This document shows positions 1-11,779 of a stretch of 64,000 bases of DNA, piece after piece. The first letter of the stretch is position 1; each line of letters starts with the position of its first letter. Position numbers and translations under genes: made by a program. Below the pieces are notes generated by a model that was not told the origin of the DNA, did not search any database, and was given only the letters and a program-made list of their open reading frames with translations. Origin of the DNA: Octopus sinensis (taxonomy: Eukaryota); assembly GCF_006345805.1 (NCBI RefSeq), contig NC_042998.1:182032001-182096000 (forward strand). Direction: 5' to 3'.

Positions 1-352
1 AAAAATAACCACAAGTGTAATAGATAGAACTGCATACATATTCGACCTCGTGTTGATGTCTGGTATGTAGTTCTGAAAATTATATTTGTATGGACGATTA
101 TACCGAAGATCTACAGATAAATTGCGTAAGTAAAATTACGTAATTTGTTGATAGTGAAACATTTGTTTATGATCAATCTATATTTTTGTTACTTTTCACA
201 TGTCTTGCTCGCTTACATTTCGGGTGTTTGCTAAATTTTCTAGAGAACAATTCTTAGTGGTAAGACCATAGCGGATCTTCTTCTAGCGTAAGGGTCTCCA
301 CATAGTGGTAATTCCCTCTTATATGTATGTAATACTATATATATATATATAT

Positions 353-666
353 AGCGTCGAGCTTACGATCGGGAGGTTGTGAGCTCGAATCCCGGACCGG
401 GCTGCGTGTTGTGTTCTCGAGCAAGGCACTTTATTTCACGTTGCTCCAGTTCACTCAGCTGTAGAAATGAGTTGCGACGTCAATGGTGCCAAGCTGTATC
501 GACCTTTGTCTTTCCCTTGGATAACACTGGTGGCGTGGAGAGGGGAGGCTGGTATGCATGGGCGACTGCTGGCCTTCCATAAACAACTTGCCCGGACTTG
601 TGTCTAGGAGGGTAACTTTCTAGGTGCAATCCCATGGTCATTCATGACCGAAGGGGGTCTTTACCC

Positions 667-670
<4 letters not shown>
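353..670 (+). mobile_element. tRNA-derived CORE-type SINE, 5' truncated
   Basis: B-box-like gagctcgaatccc, CORE-like tgtgttctcgagcaaggcactttatttcacgttgctccagttcactcagctg; same family at 21446 and 27128. Confidence 0.75.
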
Positions 671-696
<26 letters not shown>

Positions 697-697
<1 letters not shown>

Positions 698-872
698 GTA
701 GGGAGAATTCACCAAAAAACCCCCAAAAACATAAAACGAAGACAGGTGGTGTAGACAACAAACAGCTGTTGTAGTTTAACGCTCGGGAAGTGAAGAAGTC
801 TTTAACGTTTCGAGCCTACGCTCTTCCACAGAAAGGAACTCAGAAAGAAACAAGGAGAGAAAATAAAAAAAG
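697..872 (-). mobile_element. Penelope-like element terminal fragment carrying a minimal hammerhead-like motif (other copies 3658-3832, 55777-56043)
   Basis: Same sequence block occurs three times; the minus strand has CCUUU-CUGUGGAA-GAGC GUAG GCUC-GAA-ACGU-U-AAAG. Penelope assignment is inferred from the hammerhead architecture. Confidence 0.55.
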
Positions 873-950
873 TATAGTTGCCATATCAGCACACTAATTG
901 ACATATACTCATTAATCCAAAATATTATATATATATATATATATGAATAC

Positions 951-1185
951 ATATATGGTGGCTGTCTACTCTTTATGCAGAGTTTGACCACCTCCTGTAC
1001 CTACACCTTAGAATCATCATGGCATCTGATGTGACTTTTTAACCAGACAATGTTTTGAAAAGACATCCACATAGATTGCATATCCGATTTGGACCACCAA
1101 AAGTTGAAGTTACGTTCTTATCTTTGTGGATCTTAAAATGTCTTTTGAGGCCCCCGTTAGATTTGCAGACCTTCTGGCATACATA
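951..1185 (-). mobile_element. RTE-clade LINE 3' end with C2H2 zinc fingers (other copies ~3915-4150 and 33281-33625)
   Basis: CQKVCKSNGGLKRHFKIH...CNLCGCLFKTLSGLKSHIRCH followed by stop and the shared tail gaggtggtcaaactctgcataaagagtagacagccacc. Confidence 0.7.
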
Positions 1186-1370
1186 CATACATACCAGTGG
1201 CGTGCGGTGACTTCCGGGGCTGGGCATGCAATGAATTTCTTTGCACCCCCCCCACCCGGGGGGCAATTTTTCAGTAAAAAAAATTTTCGAATTCCTACGA
1301 TTTACATATGGGAGATTCTGAATATGCAATCACCCCCGTATGACCTAGAATAAAAAAAAAACGTCGCCCT

Positions 1371-1614
1371 GGTACTATTTAAGAAGAGTGGTCCCGTTGC
1401 GCGCGCTCGCGCATCCGCGCTGGCTAGTCGTGACTAGTCGATCCTACAACTATCTAACAAAGTAAATAAATTTTTTAAACAAAATATATAAAACACAAAG
1501 TAAATAATGTTTTTAACAAAGTAAATAAAACACAAAGTAAGGATCGACTAGTCACGACTAGCTGGCGTGGATGCTCGAGTGCGCGCACCGGGACCACTCT
1601 TCTTAAATAGTACC
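1371..1614. mobile_element. Fold-back (MITE-like) element with 75-bp inverted arms, nested in the hAT relic; duplicated at 4334-4577
   Basis: 1371-1445 versus reverse complement of 1540-1614 gives 69/75 identity; AT-rich spacer. Confidence 0.8.
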
Positions 1615-1830
1615 CATGATTTTTAAATTGTTTGCAATACTCATCAAATTTGTTGAAATTCGAAAGTTCCATGAATTTAAACTCTTCTAAGGATGAATAT
1701 CGTGCTTTTATTTGGTCAACTATTGTACTTATAATTTTGTTATAAAGCATTTTATAATGATGTTGGGGCTCAATAGATATATTCTTGGATCTCTGAATTC
1801 CGATTCCTGCATCGACTCCATATTTTTCCC

Positions 1831-2148
1831 CCCGGGTTCAGTTCCACTGCGTGGCACCTTGGGCAAGGGTCTTCTACTATAGTCTCGGGCCGACCAAAGC
1901 CTTGTGAGTGGATTTGGTAGACGGAAACTGAAAGAAGCCCGTGGTATATATGTATATATATGCATGTGTGTGTTTGTGCGTCTGTGTTTGTCCCCCTAGC
2001 ATTGCTTGGCAACCGGTGTGTTTATGTCCCCGTTACTTAGCGGTTCGGCAAAATAGACCGATAGAATAAGTCCCAGGGTCGAGTTGCTCGATTAAAGGCG
2101 GTGCTCGAGCATGGCCGCAGTCAAATGACTGAAACAAGTAAAAAAGAT
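1831..2148 (+). mobile_element. tRNA-derived SINE with an internal (TA)n/(TG)n tract, 5' truncated (duplicate ~4795-5110)
   Basis: Family consensus ...gggttcagtcccactgcgtggcaccttgggcaag...gaaagaagcccgt(TA)n...ggcggtgctccagcatggccgcagtcaaatgactgaaacaagtaaaag. Confidence 0.85.
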
Positions 2149-3185
2149 TGAAAAATTATCAAGTTTGTTTTCGAGTACAGTTCTAGTTTTATCTATTTGA
2201 TCTTTACAATACACTATGTTATGACTTTTACTCTGGAGGATGTTAAATATGAAAAAAGAAAAAATCTCACTGAATACTTCTAACAAAAATAAGAAATCAG
2301 GAGCTTTTAAAGTTTGTAAGAATCCAATTGCTGAATTTATGGTGGTATCATCCCATGCTTCAGGATTTTCAATGATGTGTTCAAAAAGGCTGATTATGAA
2401 ATGATAATTTTTACTTTGTGGTAATAATAAGCCGTGAGGCTGTTGCCTTCGGAAATCTTTTTTTTAACAATGTTATCTAATGCATTAGCCCTTTTCGGTG
2501 TTGGTCTCCCACCGATATAATTAATTATTTTCCATCGAATTCTCCTTTCGAAAAACTATTTCTCAAAATATCGTTTATAACACATTTCACTCATTTCGTA
2601 AAATATACGAAAATATACGAACACACGTGGAAGCGCCGGCGTAAATTGTAAGTCAATTTCAACAAAACAGAAAGATACAGAAAGTGGGTATCATGCGGTC
2701 AGCTCATAGCATGACATGCCACTGAGAGAAAGAGGAAGGGGGTACAAAATATTATGAACAACCTTTCCTCCTAGCATCTGTTTTATCAATTCACTAAAAG
2801 AGAGAGAGGAAGGAGGGACAAACTAAGAGACAGAGAGGGAGGTCATGCGGGTCGTCCCACAGCATAGCCACTAAAAGAAAGAGGAAGGGGGTAAAAATAT
2901 TTCAAATGCCCTATCCTCTTAGCATGTCTTTTAAACATGAGAGAGAGAGGAAGGAAGGAAGGACAAACTGAGACAGAGAGGGAGTGTCTAACATGCTGGT
3001 CTTGTCAATGCATGACTTCTAAAAGCAGAAGTAGAGTCACTGAGAGGGAAGGGGAGACAAAATACAACTGGACGGATTTTCTTTGAAACAAAGTAACTAT
3101 TTTATCTAATTTTCCGATCATATGGATAAAAAAATCACAGGGCATGCAACGCATACCTTGCATACCTGAGAGTGCACGCCCCTGA

Positions 3186-3216
<31 letters not shown>

Positions 3217-3224
3217 GTATGTAT

Positions 3225-3378
3225 GTGGCTGTGTGGTAAGTAGCTTGCCTCCCAACCACATGGTTCTGGGTTCAGTTCCACTCCGTGGCACCTTGGGCAA
3301 GTGTCTTTTACTATAGCCTCGGGCCGACCAAAGCCTTGTTAGTGGATTTGGTTGACGGAAACTGAAAGAAGCTCGTCG

Positions 3379-3409
<31 letters not shown>

Positions 3410-3603
3410 ATCTGTGTTTGTTCCCCCAACACCGCTTGGGAACCGATGCTGGTGGGTTTACGTCCCCGTAACTTAGCGGTTCGTCAAGAGAAACCGATAG
3501 AATAAGTACTAGGCTTACAAAGAACAAGTCCTGGGGTCGATTTGCTCGACTAAAGGCGGTGCTCCAGCATGACCACAGTCAAATGACTGAAAGAAATAAA
3601 AGA
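3225..3603 (+). mobile_element. Same internal-microsatellite SINE family (duplicate 6177-6562)
   Basis: Near full length match to the 22680-23071 copy. Confidence 0.85.
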
Positions 3604-6138
3604 ATATATATATATATATATATAATATATATATATATATATTATATATATATATATATGTAGGGAGAATTCACAAAAAAACCCCCAAAAACATAAAACG
3701 AAGACAGGTAGTGTAGACAACAAACAGCTGTTGTAGTTTAACGCTCGGGAAGTGAAGAAGTCTTTAACGTTTCGAGCCTACGCTCTTCCACAGAAGGAAC
3801 TCAGAAAGAAACAAGGAGAGAAAATAAAAAAAGTATAGTTGCCATATCAGCACACTAATTGACATATACTCATTAATCCAAAATATTATATATATATATA
3901 TATATATGAATACACATATGGTGGCTGTCTACTCTTTATGCAGAGTTTGACCACCTCCTGTACCTACACCTTAGAATCATCATGGCATCTGATGTGACTT
4001 TTTAAACCAGACAATGTTTTGAAAAGACATCCACATAGATTGCATATCCGATTTGGACCACCAAAAGTTGAAGTTACGTTCTTATCTTTGTGGATCTTAA
4101 AATGTCTTTTGAGGCCCCCGTTAGATTTGCAGACCTTCTGGCATACATACATACATACCAGTGGCGTGCGGTGACTTCCGGGGCTGGGCATGCAATGAAT
4201 TTCTTTGCACCCCCCCCACCCGGGGGGCAATTTTTCAGTAAAAAAAATTTTCGATTCCTACGATTTACATATGGGAGATTCTGAATATGCAATCACCCCC
4301 GTATGACCTAGAATAAAAAAAAAACGTCGCCCTGGTACTATTTAAGAAGAGTGGTCCCGTTGCGCGCGCTCGCGCATCCGCGCTGGCTAGTCGTGACTAG
4401 TCGATCCTACGACTATCTAACAAAGTAAATAAATTTTTTAAACAAAATATATAAAACACAAAGTAAATAATGTTTTTAACAAAGTAAATAAAACACAAAG
4501 TAAGGATCGACTAGTCACGACTAGCTGGCGTGGATGCTCGAGTGCGCGCACCGGGACCACTCTTCTTAAATAGTACCCATGATTTTTAAATTGTTTGCAA
4601 TACTCATCAAATTTGTTGAAATTCGAAAGTTCCATGAATTTAAACTCTTCTAAGGATGAATATCGTGCTTTTATTTGGTCAACTATTGTACTTATAATTT
4701 TGTTATAAAGCATTTTATAATGATGTTGGGGCTCAATAGATATATTCTTGGATCTCTGAATTCCGATTCCTGCATCGACTCCATATTTTTCCTCCCGGGT
4801 TCAGTTCCACTGCGTGGCACCTTGGGCAAGGGTCTTCTACTATAGTCTCGGGCCGACCAAAGCCTTGTGAGTGGATTTGGTAGACGGAAACTGAAAGAAG
4901 CCCGTGGTATATATGTATATATATGCATGTGTGTGTTTGTGCGTCTGTGTTTGTCCCCCTAGCATTGCTTGGCAACCGGTGTGTTTATGTCCCCGTTACT
5001 TAGCGGTTCGGCAAAATAGACCGATAGAATAAGTCCCAGGGTCGAGTTGCTCGATTAAAGGCGGTGCTCGAGCATGGCCGCAGTCAAATGACTGAAACAA
5101 GTAAAAAAGATTGAAAATTATCAAGTTTGTTTTCGAGTACAGTTCTAGTTTTATCTATTTGATCTTTACAATACACTATGTTATGACTTTTACTCTGGAG
5201 GATGTTAAATATGAAAAAAGAAAAAATCTCACTGAATACTTCTAACAAAAATAAGAAATCAGGAGCTTTTAAAGTTTGTAAGAATCCAATTGCTGAATTT
5301 ATGGTGGTATCATCCCATGCTTCAGGATTTTCAATGATGTGTTCAAAAAGGCTGATTATGAAATGATAATTTTTACTTTGTGGTAATAATAAGCCGTGAG
5401 GCTGTTGCCTTCGGAAATCTTTTTTTTAACAATGTTATCTAATGCATTAGCCCTTTTCGGTGTTGGTCTCCCACCGATATAATTAATTATTTTCCATCGA
5501 ATTCTCCTTTCGAAAAACTATTTCTCAAAATATCGTTTATAACACATTTCGTAAAATATACGAAAATATACGAACACACGTGGAAGCGCCGGCGTAAATT
5601 GTAAGTCAATTTCAACAAAACAGAAAGATACAGAAAGTGGGTATCATGCGGTCAGCTCATAGCATGACATACCACTGAGAGAAAGAGGAAGGGGGTACAA
5701 AATATTATGAACAACCTTTCCTCCTAGCATCTGTTTTATCAATTCACTAAAAGAGAGAGAGGAAGGAGGGACAAACTAAGAGACAGAGAGGGAGGTCATG
5801 CGGGTCGTCCCACAGCATAGCCACTAAAAGAAAGAGGAAGGGGGTAAAAATATTTCAAATGCCCTATCCTCTTAGCATGTCTTTTAAACATGAGAGAGAG
5901 AGGAAGGAAGGACAAACTGAGACAGAGAGGGAGTGTCTAACATGCTGGTCTTGTCAATGCATGACTTCTAAAAGCAGAAGTAGAGTCACTGAGAGGGAAG
6001 GGGAGACAAAATACAACTGGACGGATTTTCTTTGAAACAAAGTAACTATTTTATCTAATTTTCCGATCATATGGATAAAAAAATCACAGGGCATGCAACG
6101 CATACCTTGCATACCTGAGAGTGCACGCCCCTGATACA

Positions 6139-6169
<31 letters not shown>

Positions 6170-6331
6170 GTATGTATGTGGCTGTGTGGTAAGTAGCTTG
6201 CCTCCCAACCACATGGTTCTGGGTTCAGTTCCACTCCGTGGCACCTTGGGCAAGTGTCTTTTACTATAACCTCGGGCCGACCAAAGCCTTGTTAGTGGAT
6301 TTGGTTGACGGAAACTGAAAGAAGCTCGTCG

Positions 6332-6364
<33 letters not shown>

Positions 6365-6560
6365 TTGTATCTGTGTTTGTTCCCCCAACACCGCTTGGGA
6401 ACCGATGCTGGTGGGTTTACGTCCCCGTAACTTAGCGGTTCGTCAAGAGAAACCGATAGAATAAGTACTAGGCTTACAAAGAACAAGTCCTGGGGTCGAT
6501 TTGCTCGACTAAAGGCGGTGCTCCAGCATGACCACAGTCAAATGACTGAAACAAATAAAA

Positions 6561-6602
<42 letters not shown>

Positions 6603-6859
6603 ATAATATGTAATATTTTGAATTAATGAGTATATGTCAATTAGTGTGTAGATGTGTTGGGTGAAGCACTGGCACAGTTTGAGCTACCTGATGTCATCCG
6701 CTGTTGGGGTATATTTCCTTTGGATCTACTCCAGGAATTCCGCAGTGTTAGTTGAGATAATAATCGATTAAATAGACAGAAGACGGAATTGGTATAACTT
6801 TTTATTTTGTACGACGGTCGTTTCGACCCATCCTGCAACTGTTCTCTATAGGTGGGATG

Positions 6860-7140
6860 CTGTGCAACATACTATGTTGCATCAATCTTGCAGTCTGGGT
6901 CACATCTTCTTGTGACGGCGTTCACCCAGGGCGGGTTAAGCCGGCTTCTTCTCTGGTCCTGACGGCATCACGAACCATAGTGGCCCACTCTCGACGGTCT
7001 TGTGCGAGGTCACTGGAGTTAGCGAGCCATTCGCGGTTCCATCTGCGCAGACCGACCACCTGCGGACCTGAGAGTTTGGAGAGGTCCTCCTTTATCGTCA
7101 TTGCCCAGGTCTTCAGGGTCACATCAATTACATTCATACA
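6860..7140 (-). mobile_element. RTE-type LINE 3' fragment
   Basis: KTWAMTIKEDL...GPQVVGLRRWNREW...LAQDRREWATMVRDAV is a typical RTE ORF C-terminus. Confidence 0.7.
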
Positions 7141-7269
7141 TGAAGTGGTGTCTCGCTAAAGATCTTGATTTTGCGCAGTCATATTGTTATTTGCCTGTTT
7201 CATTTAGGGCATATATATATTTATATATATGCACGCTCATATTAACACACACACGTACACACATATATA

Positions 7270-8141
7270 AGAGGTGTTATCCAAAGGTTCCCGGATTAGT
7301 TCTGTTTAATGAAAAATAAAGTTATTTACCTAGGTTTTACATCATCTCCTTCGAAATAGCCACTGGTCCCAGCGTTCCTGTCCCTCTGGAATCCAACCAG
7401 ATTCTGTTAGCAAATCAAAGACCTGCGATTCGTTCTGGATCTCGACAACATTGTTAAAACGGCGATCCTTGAGTTGCATTTTCATCCTGGGGAAGAGATG
7501 GGAGTCCGTAGATGCTAAATCTGGCGAATAGATCGGTACAGAAGTGATACCATGTTGTTTTGGGAGAGAAACTCCCGAGTGAGGAGAGCACGGTGATAGG
7601 GTCGAATCTCTTCGTGAAGAATCCAATTCTTCACGTTTTACAGATCTGGTCATTTTCGCTAAATGTCCTCCCTCGAACGCTTCAAAATGTCGCCGTAGAA
7701 CTCTCGATTGATAGTCTGACTCTGGGGACGAATTCTCGATGCACAATACCGCGGATGCCCCCCCCCCCCAAAAAAAAAAAACCATGGGCATGCTGTTGAT
7801 TGAACTAGCTTTGTCGGGCCACTCCAAACATTGCGTATGATCCATTGCCTTGTCGCTGTAAGCTTGCCGAAGCATGCTTAATGTCTCTGTAGCAGATTTC
7901 CCAAGTTTAACGCAAAATTTCACGTTGGTTCTTTTTGTTCCAACTTCCTGTCCATAACAAAATCGCAGACTATACAACATACACGCGATGACACAAACAC
8001 ACTTGCGAAGTAAACGCAGCAATGTCACTCGGCACACTGCCTCATGAAGGTCACTGTTAGCCCTCACTGCTCACGCACCTATGTGCAGTCATCTGTTGGC
8101 ACGCTACAGAACTAGTCTAGGAACTTTTTGACACCACCTCA
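7270..8141 (-). mobile_element. Internally deleted mariner transposon
   Basis: Imperfect ~35-bp TIRs (gaggtgttatccaaaggttcccggattagttctgt / acagaactagtctaggaactttttgacaccacctc), TA flanks, Mos1-like HTH (NVKFCVKLGKSATETLSMLRQAY) and YSPDLA motif; most of the DDD catalytic region is missing. Confidence 0.85.
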
Positions 8142-8144
8142 TAT

Positions 8145-8235
<91 letters not shown>

Positions 8236-8239
<4 letters not shown>

Positions 8240-8358
8240 CCTGCTTGCTTAGCCAGCGGGGTGGCGTCATTTAAAGGCTAAACAATGCGAAGCGCATTGT
8301 GACCAGCGATGTGTAGCAATATCTGATAGCGTGGTCGGTCACGGTGATCACGGTGATA
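8236..8358 (+). mobile_element. Retroelement 3' end embedded in (TA)n
   Basis: Ends ggtcggtcacggtgatcacggtga(TA)n, like the REL-LINE tail at ~32830-32859. Confidence 0.45.
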
Positions 8359-8370
8359 TATATACACACG

Positions 8371-8422
<52 letters not shown>

Positions 8423-9936
8423 AGTAATATTTTATATTCAGGTACACAGCTTGTTGTATGCTGTTTAAAGCCTGTTCATAGTAATAAGTTACCTGATGTC
8501 ACCAACAGTCTGGATGTATATTCCACTGGATTTACATCAGGAACCCTCTATCTCTATGGAGTTTATAAAAACACGAGAAAAAGTAAAAATGCAAGTTACT
8601 GGTGCATGATGGGTCGAAATAATCGTCGTGGATAAAGAGACTTGTAATTTCCATTTTCTTTCTCTCATATTTATACACACACACTTATATATTCCCACCC
8701 ATTCACCCCTACCCACACAAACACGCACACTCATTCACGCAACCATGAGATTCTGCGTTCGACCCTCCAAAACTGACAGGTATTATATTATTTTGCCGGT
8801 GCTCTGATGTAATAAACTCAAATCTGGAATGCAGTAATAATCCCTTTAAGAGGTATTAACATTCGGAGCACATACTGAAACAGACTAGTGTTTCATAATA
8901 AGTCTGAAAGGAAGAATACTTCAGATGTTAAAGTAATAGAAAACAAATTAAGGTCAAGTATGTTAGTGGCTGTTTTGAATAATTTATTACTAAAAACAAT
9001 TTTAGATTTAAATAAAAAAGAGAAAAACATAAAAGCATAAAAAAGCCATAAATCAGAATAATGCTTTAATATACAATTCTCGTTATTATAAATGTTTACC
9101 GAAAGTCCCTTGTGGATTTTTCAGGCGTTTATTATATAAAAATTTTATAGCTAATTTTTGATGTGGTTTACATTTATCATTAGGCAATAGGTAGACGATG
9201 AAACATAGCTGAAGCATATAATTAATCCTTATTGCGTAGAATATTTACAGTCAACCCTTTTCAGGCATAAATTTGTATCTGACTGGTCTATTTTCAATCC
9301 TCGTGGGATCTAGTTTTGAGTTATCTGTTAACACTCACTGAACATTCAGTCTTTTGCTTTGAGTTAAATCTATAAAATAAATCCTGCTCTATAGAACTGC
9401 TACAATTTCCCTTTTTAGTTAACATAGGGGTAACCGAAACTGTGCAAACTATTTTCGTCTAACAATGTAACATTTAGTAAAAACTCCTACTCTTTCATGT
9501 TACATGAAAATTATAAAGAATTACAAAGAGTTCCTAAACAAAATGTAAATCAAAGAAATTTCTAACCATATTCTTCGTGACAGTTTCAACGGTTTTTTCT
9601 CGCCAATGAATATTTTTGTAAGAGTAGTAAAGTTAATTTTTTACCCTGATGATATTTTTTTCTGAATTTATCAGAAGCGCTTTCAATGGCTTTGGGTGTA
9701 TCCTCTTTTCGACAAACCTACCTCTAAAATGAAAAGAATACGACTCATACTACTCAAAATAGCACTATCGTCTGTTTAGGTGGCGATAAACCTTACTTCA
9801 CAGTATAAATACTACTTTCATCTCTAATAGAGATTTTCTTAACGAGCTAGTTCGCTAGTTGCAAAACCAGTGACTGTGTGACACTGTTTTTCTATATATT
9901 GCGAACTGGGTATAGACGAGTATATATCACTGTATA

Positions 9937-10237
9937 TCTTTATATATAAAAGTGAAGTTGTGTGTCTGTCTCCTACGATTTAGATTCCTAACTACTCCCA
10001 CATTTTGCGGTGCAGTTTAACCAAAAGCGGATATCTTATAGTCGTGATTCATATCGAGCCCTTCTGGGTATTAGCGTGCGTCTACGATGAGTCTCCGATT
10101 AAAAAAAAAATTACCATAATTTTTTTCCCATTTTTAATGCATTTGTTTTGCTATTATATAAGGGAAGTAACTCTCTAAAAAATGCTTATATAGTTATTTC
10201 CCTTACAAAGCCGAGCAACGCCGGGCGATACTGCCAG
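9937..10237 (+). mobile_element. Non-autonomous Helitron
   Basis: A|TC 5' end, 3' hairpin ccgagcaacgccggg, CCAG|T end (CTAG variant); termini shared with the 46537, 56369 and 61186 elements. Confidence 0.75.
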
Positions 10238-10781
10238 TATCAAATAAGATCGAAATCACGTGATATGGTGCTTTCCGAGCTAGAATAATCGGGAGTTCTC
10301 TCACCGTTTATAATATATATCGAGTGCGAAGCGCACTGAATAACCAACTGGGGGAGGCGTGTTCCTGGGGTTAAAATAGCAGCATCGTCTGTTCACGTTT
10401 GGGTGGCGATAAACATTACTACTCATACATGGGCAAGAAATATATCTGTGCAAAGAAATGCATATGCCTTTTTATTCTTGTCTCGTCGTTTTGATTCTAT
10501 CTAACGGTACACACAAACACACTTTTTTTTATACATCTAGCCATCTATATAGCTATTTGTTTTTACACTCCAATTTATGCCAACATACATATACACAAAT
10601 ATATAATCAAAAGAACAGTAACTAGAAACATACCAATTGATCTTAGTTCAGTCGACATGCTATCGTCCTACAAACCAAAATCCCGTGTTGTTATTGTCCA
10701 GCCCCAGGTCAACTATTGGCGAGCAGCTATGGGTATCTTGTTTTATTAGGGGTTAGGGGTATGCAGGACTGTATTATCTAA

Positions 10782-11011
10782 AGGCGGCGAGCTGGCAGAA
10801 ACGTTAGCACGCCGGGCGAAATGCTTAGCGGTATTTCGTCTGCGTTACGTTGTGAGTTCAAATTCCGCCGAGGTCGACTTTGCCTTTCATCCTTTCGGGG
10901 TTGATAAATTAAGTACCAGTTACGCACTGGGGTCGATGTAATCCACTTAATACCTATGTCTGTCCTTGTTTGTCCCTTCTGTGTTTAGCCCCTTGTGGTT
11001 AATAAAGAAAT
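10782..11011 (+). mobile_element. Full-length tRNA-derived SINE with 17-bp target-site duplication
   Basis: AGGACTGTATTATCTAA at 10765-10781 and 11012-11028; A-box tggcagaaacgttag, B-box gagttcaaattcc; tail ccttgtggttaataaagaaat. Confidence 0.9.
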
Positions 11012-11779
11012 AGGACTGTATTATCTAATGTGTTTTCTCTTGTTTCATTTTATTTTTTGTTTGTTTTTAAGACAGCAGGGTGTGATCTGAGTGAGAATCA
11101 ACCGCTATTTCTTGTAAGTTGAGTGAATGTGTAGAGACTCTTTCGTTGGATCAGAAACTTCAGTATTTCCAGGGGTGGGTAGGGTTTCATTTCCCTCAAC
11201 CATTCAATAATTTAAATCTATGATAAACTCCACTACACCTACTGAAAACAGCCATAAATGAAGAGGAGAAGGAATTTATTTACCATTATCTTTATATACA
11301 AAAATTGCTGTAACCTTTTTTTTTTATACATTGTGCAATAATTACTAATTTTTCATGCAATAACTTACAATCCTCAGTGCAGTATCTTACTATTATTTGT
11401 CTAACAAATTGCTATATATTCAGCTGTAATTTGTTATAGATTTTGCTAAATCATTAAAAAAATTTATATACAATTTAATATCTTGTATGAAAGTCATTGG
11501 TTTCAATGACCAGTATGTAATGTGCCAATTTATTCAATATTTGTAATAACATACTTTCAATTATTAATCAGTTTGGACTTCCGAGTTGTCTCCCTTGCAT
11601 TTCTTTTCAAGAATTGTTACCGAAGTTAAGAAAGTTTCTTTTCATTACGGGTATACTTTTAATTTATTAAAAGTTTTTTTTTTCTTTGGCTCACTACATT
11701 AAGTATGTTAACCCGTATTTAATTAATTTTTGTAATAGTTTGATATTTGCAACAATTTAACATTTTTATTATCTTTTGC

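Larger units (their letters stand above)
1195..3184 (-). mobile_element. Decayed hAT DNA transposon (ZMYM1/DUF4371-like transposase remnants); duplicated at 4159-6133
   Basis: TIRs CAGTGGCGTGC / GCACGCCCCTG, ATACATAC on both flanks (within a microsatellite); fragments WDDTTINSAIGFLQTL..FLFLLEVFSEIF..NILQSK and IISTIVDQIKARYSSLEEFKF resemble hAT transposase C-termini. Confidence 0.65.
697..6562. repeat. Tandem duplication, two ~2.9-kb copies (697-3603 and 3658-6562), near-identical, with junctions in (TA)n tracts
   Basis: Colinear sequence at ~2962-bp offset; only small indels (e.g. cactcattt at ~2588 is absent from copy 2) and few substitutions. Confidence 0.95.

Noticed and set aside
7342-8067. 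241-aa ORF as an active mariner transposase
   Set aside because: HTH and YSPDL segments are joined with the catalytic core deleted or frameshifted; non-autonomous.
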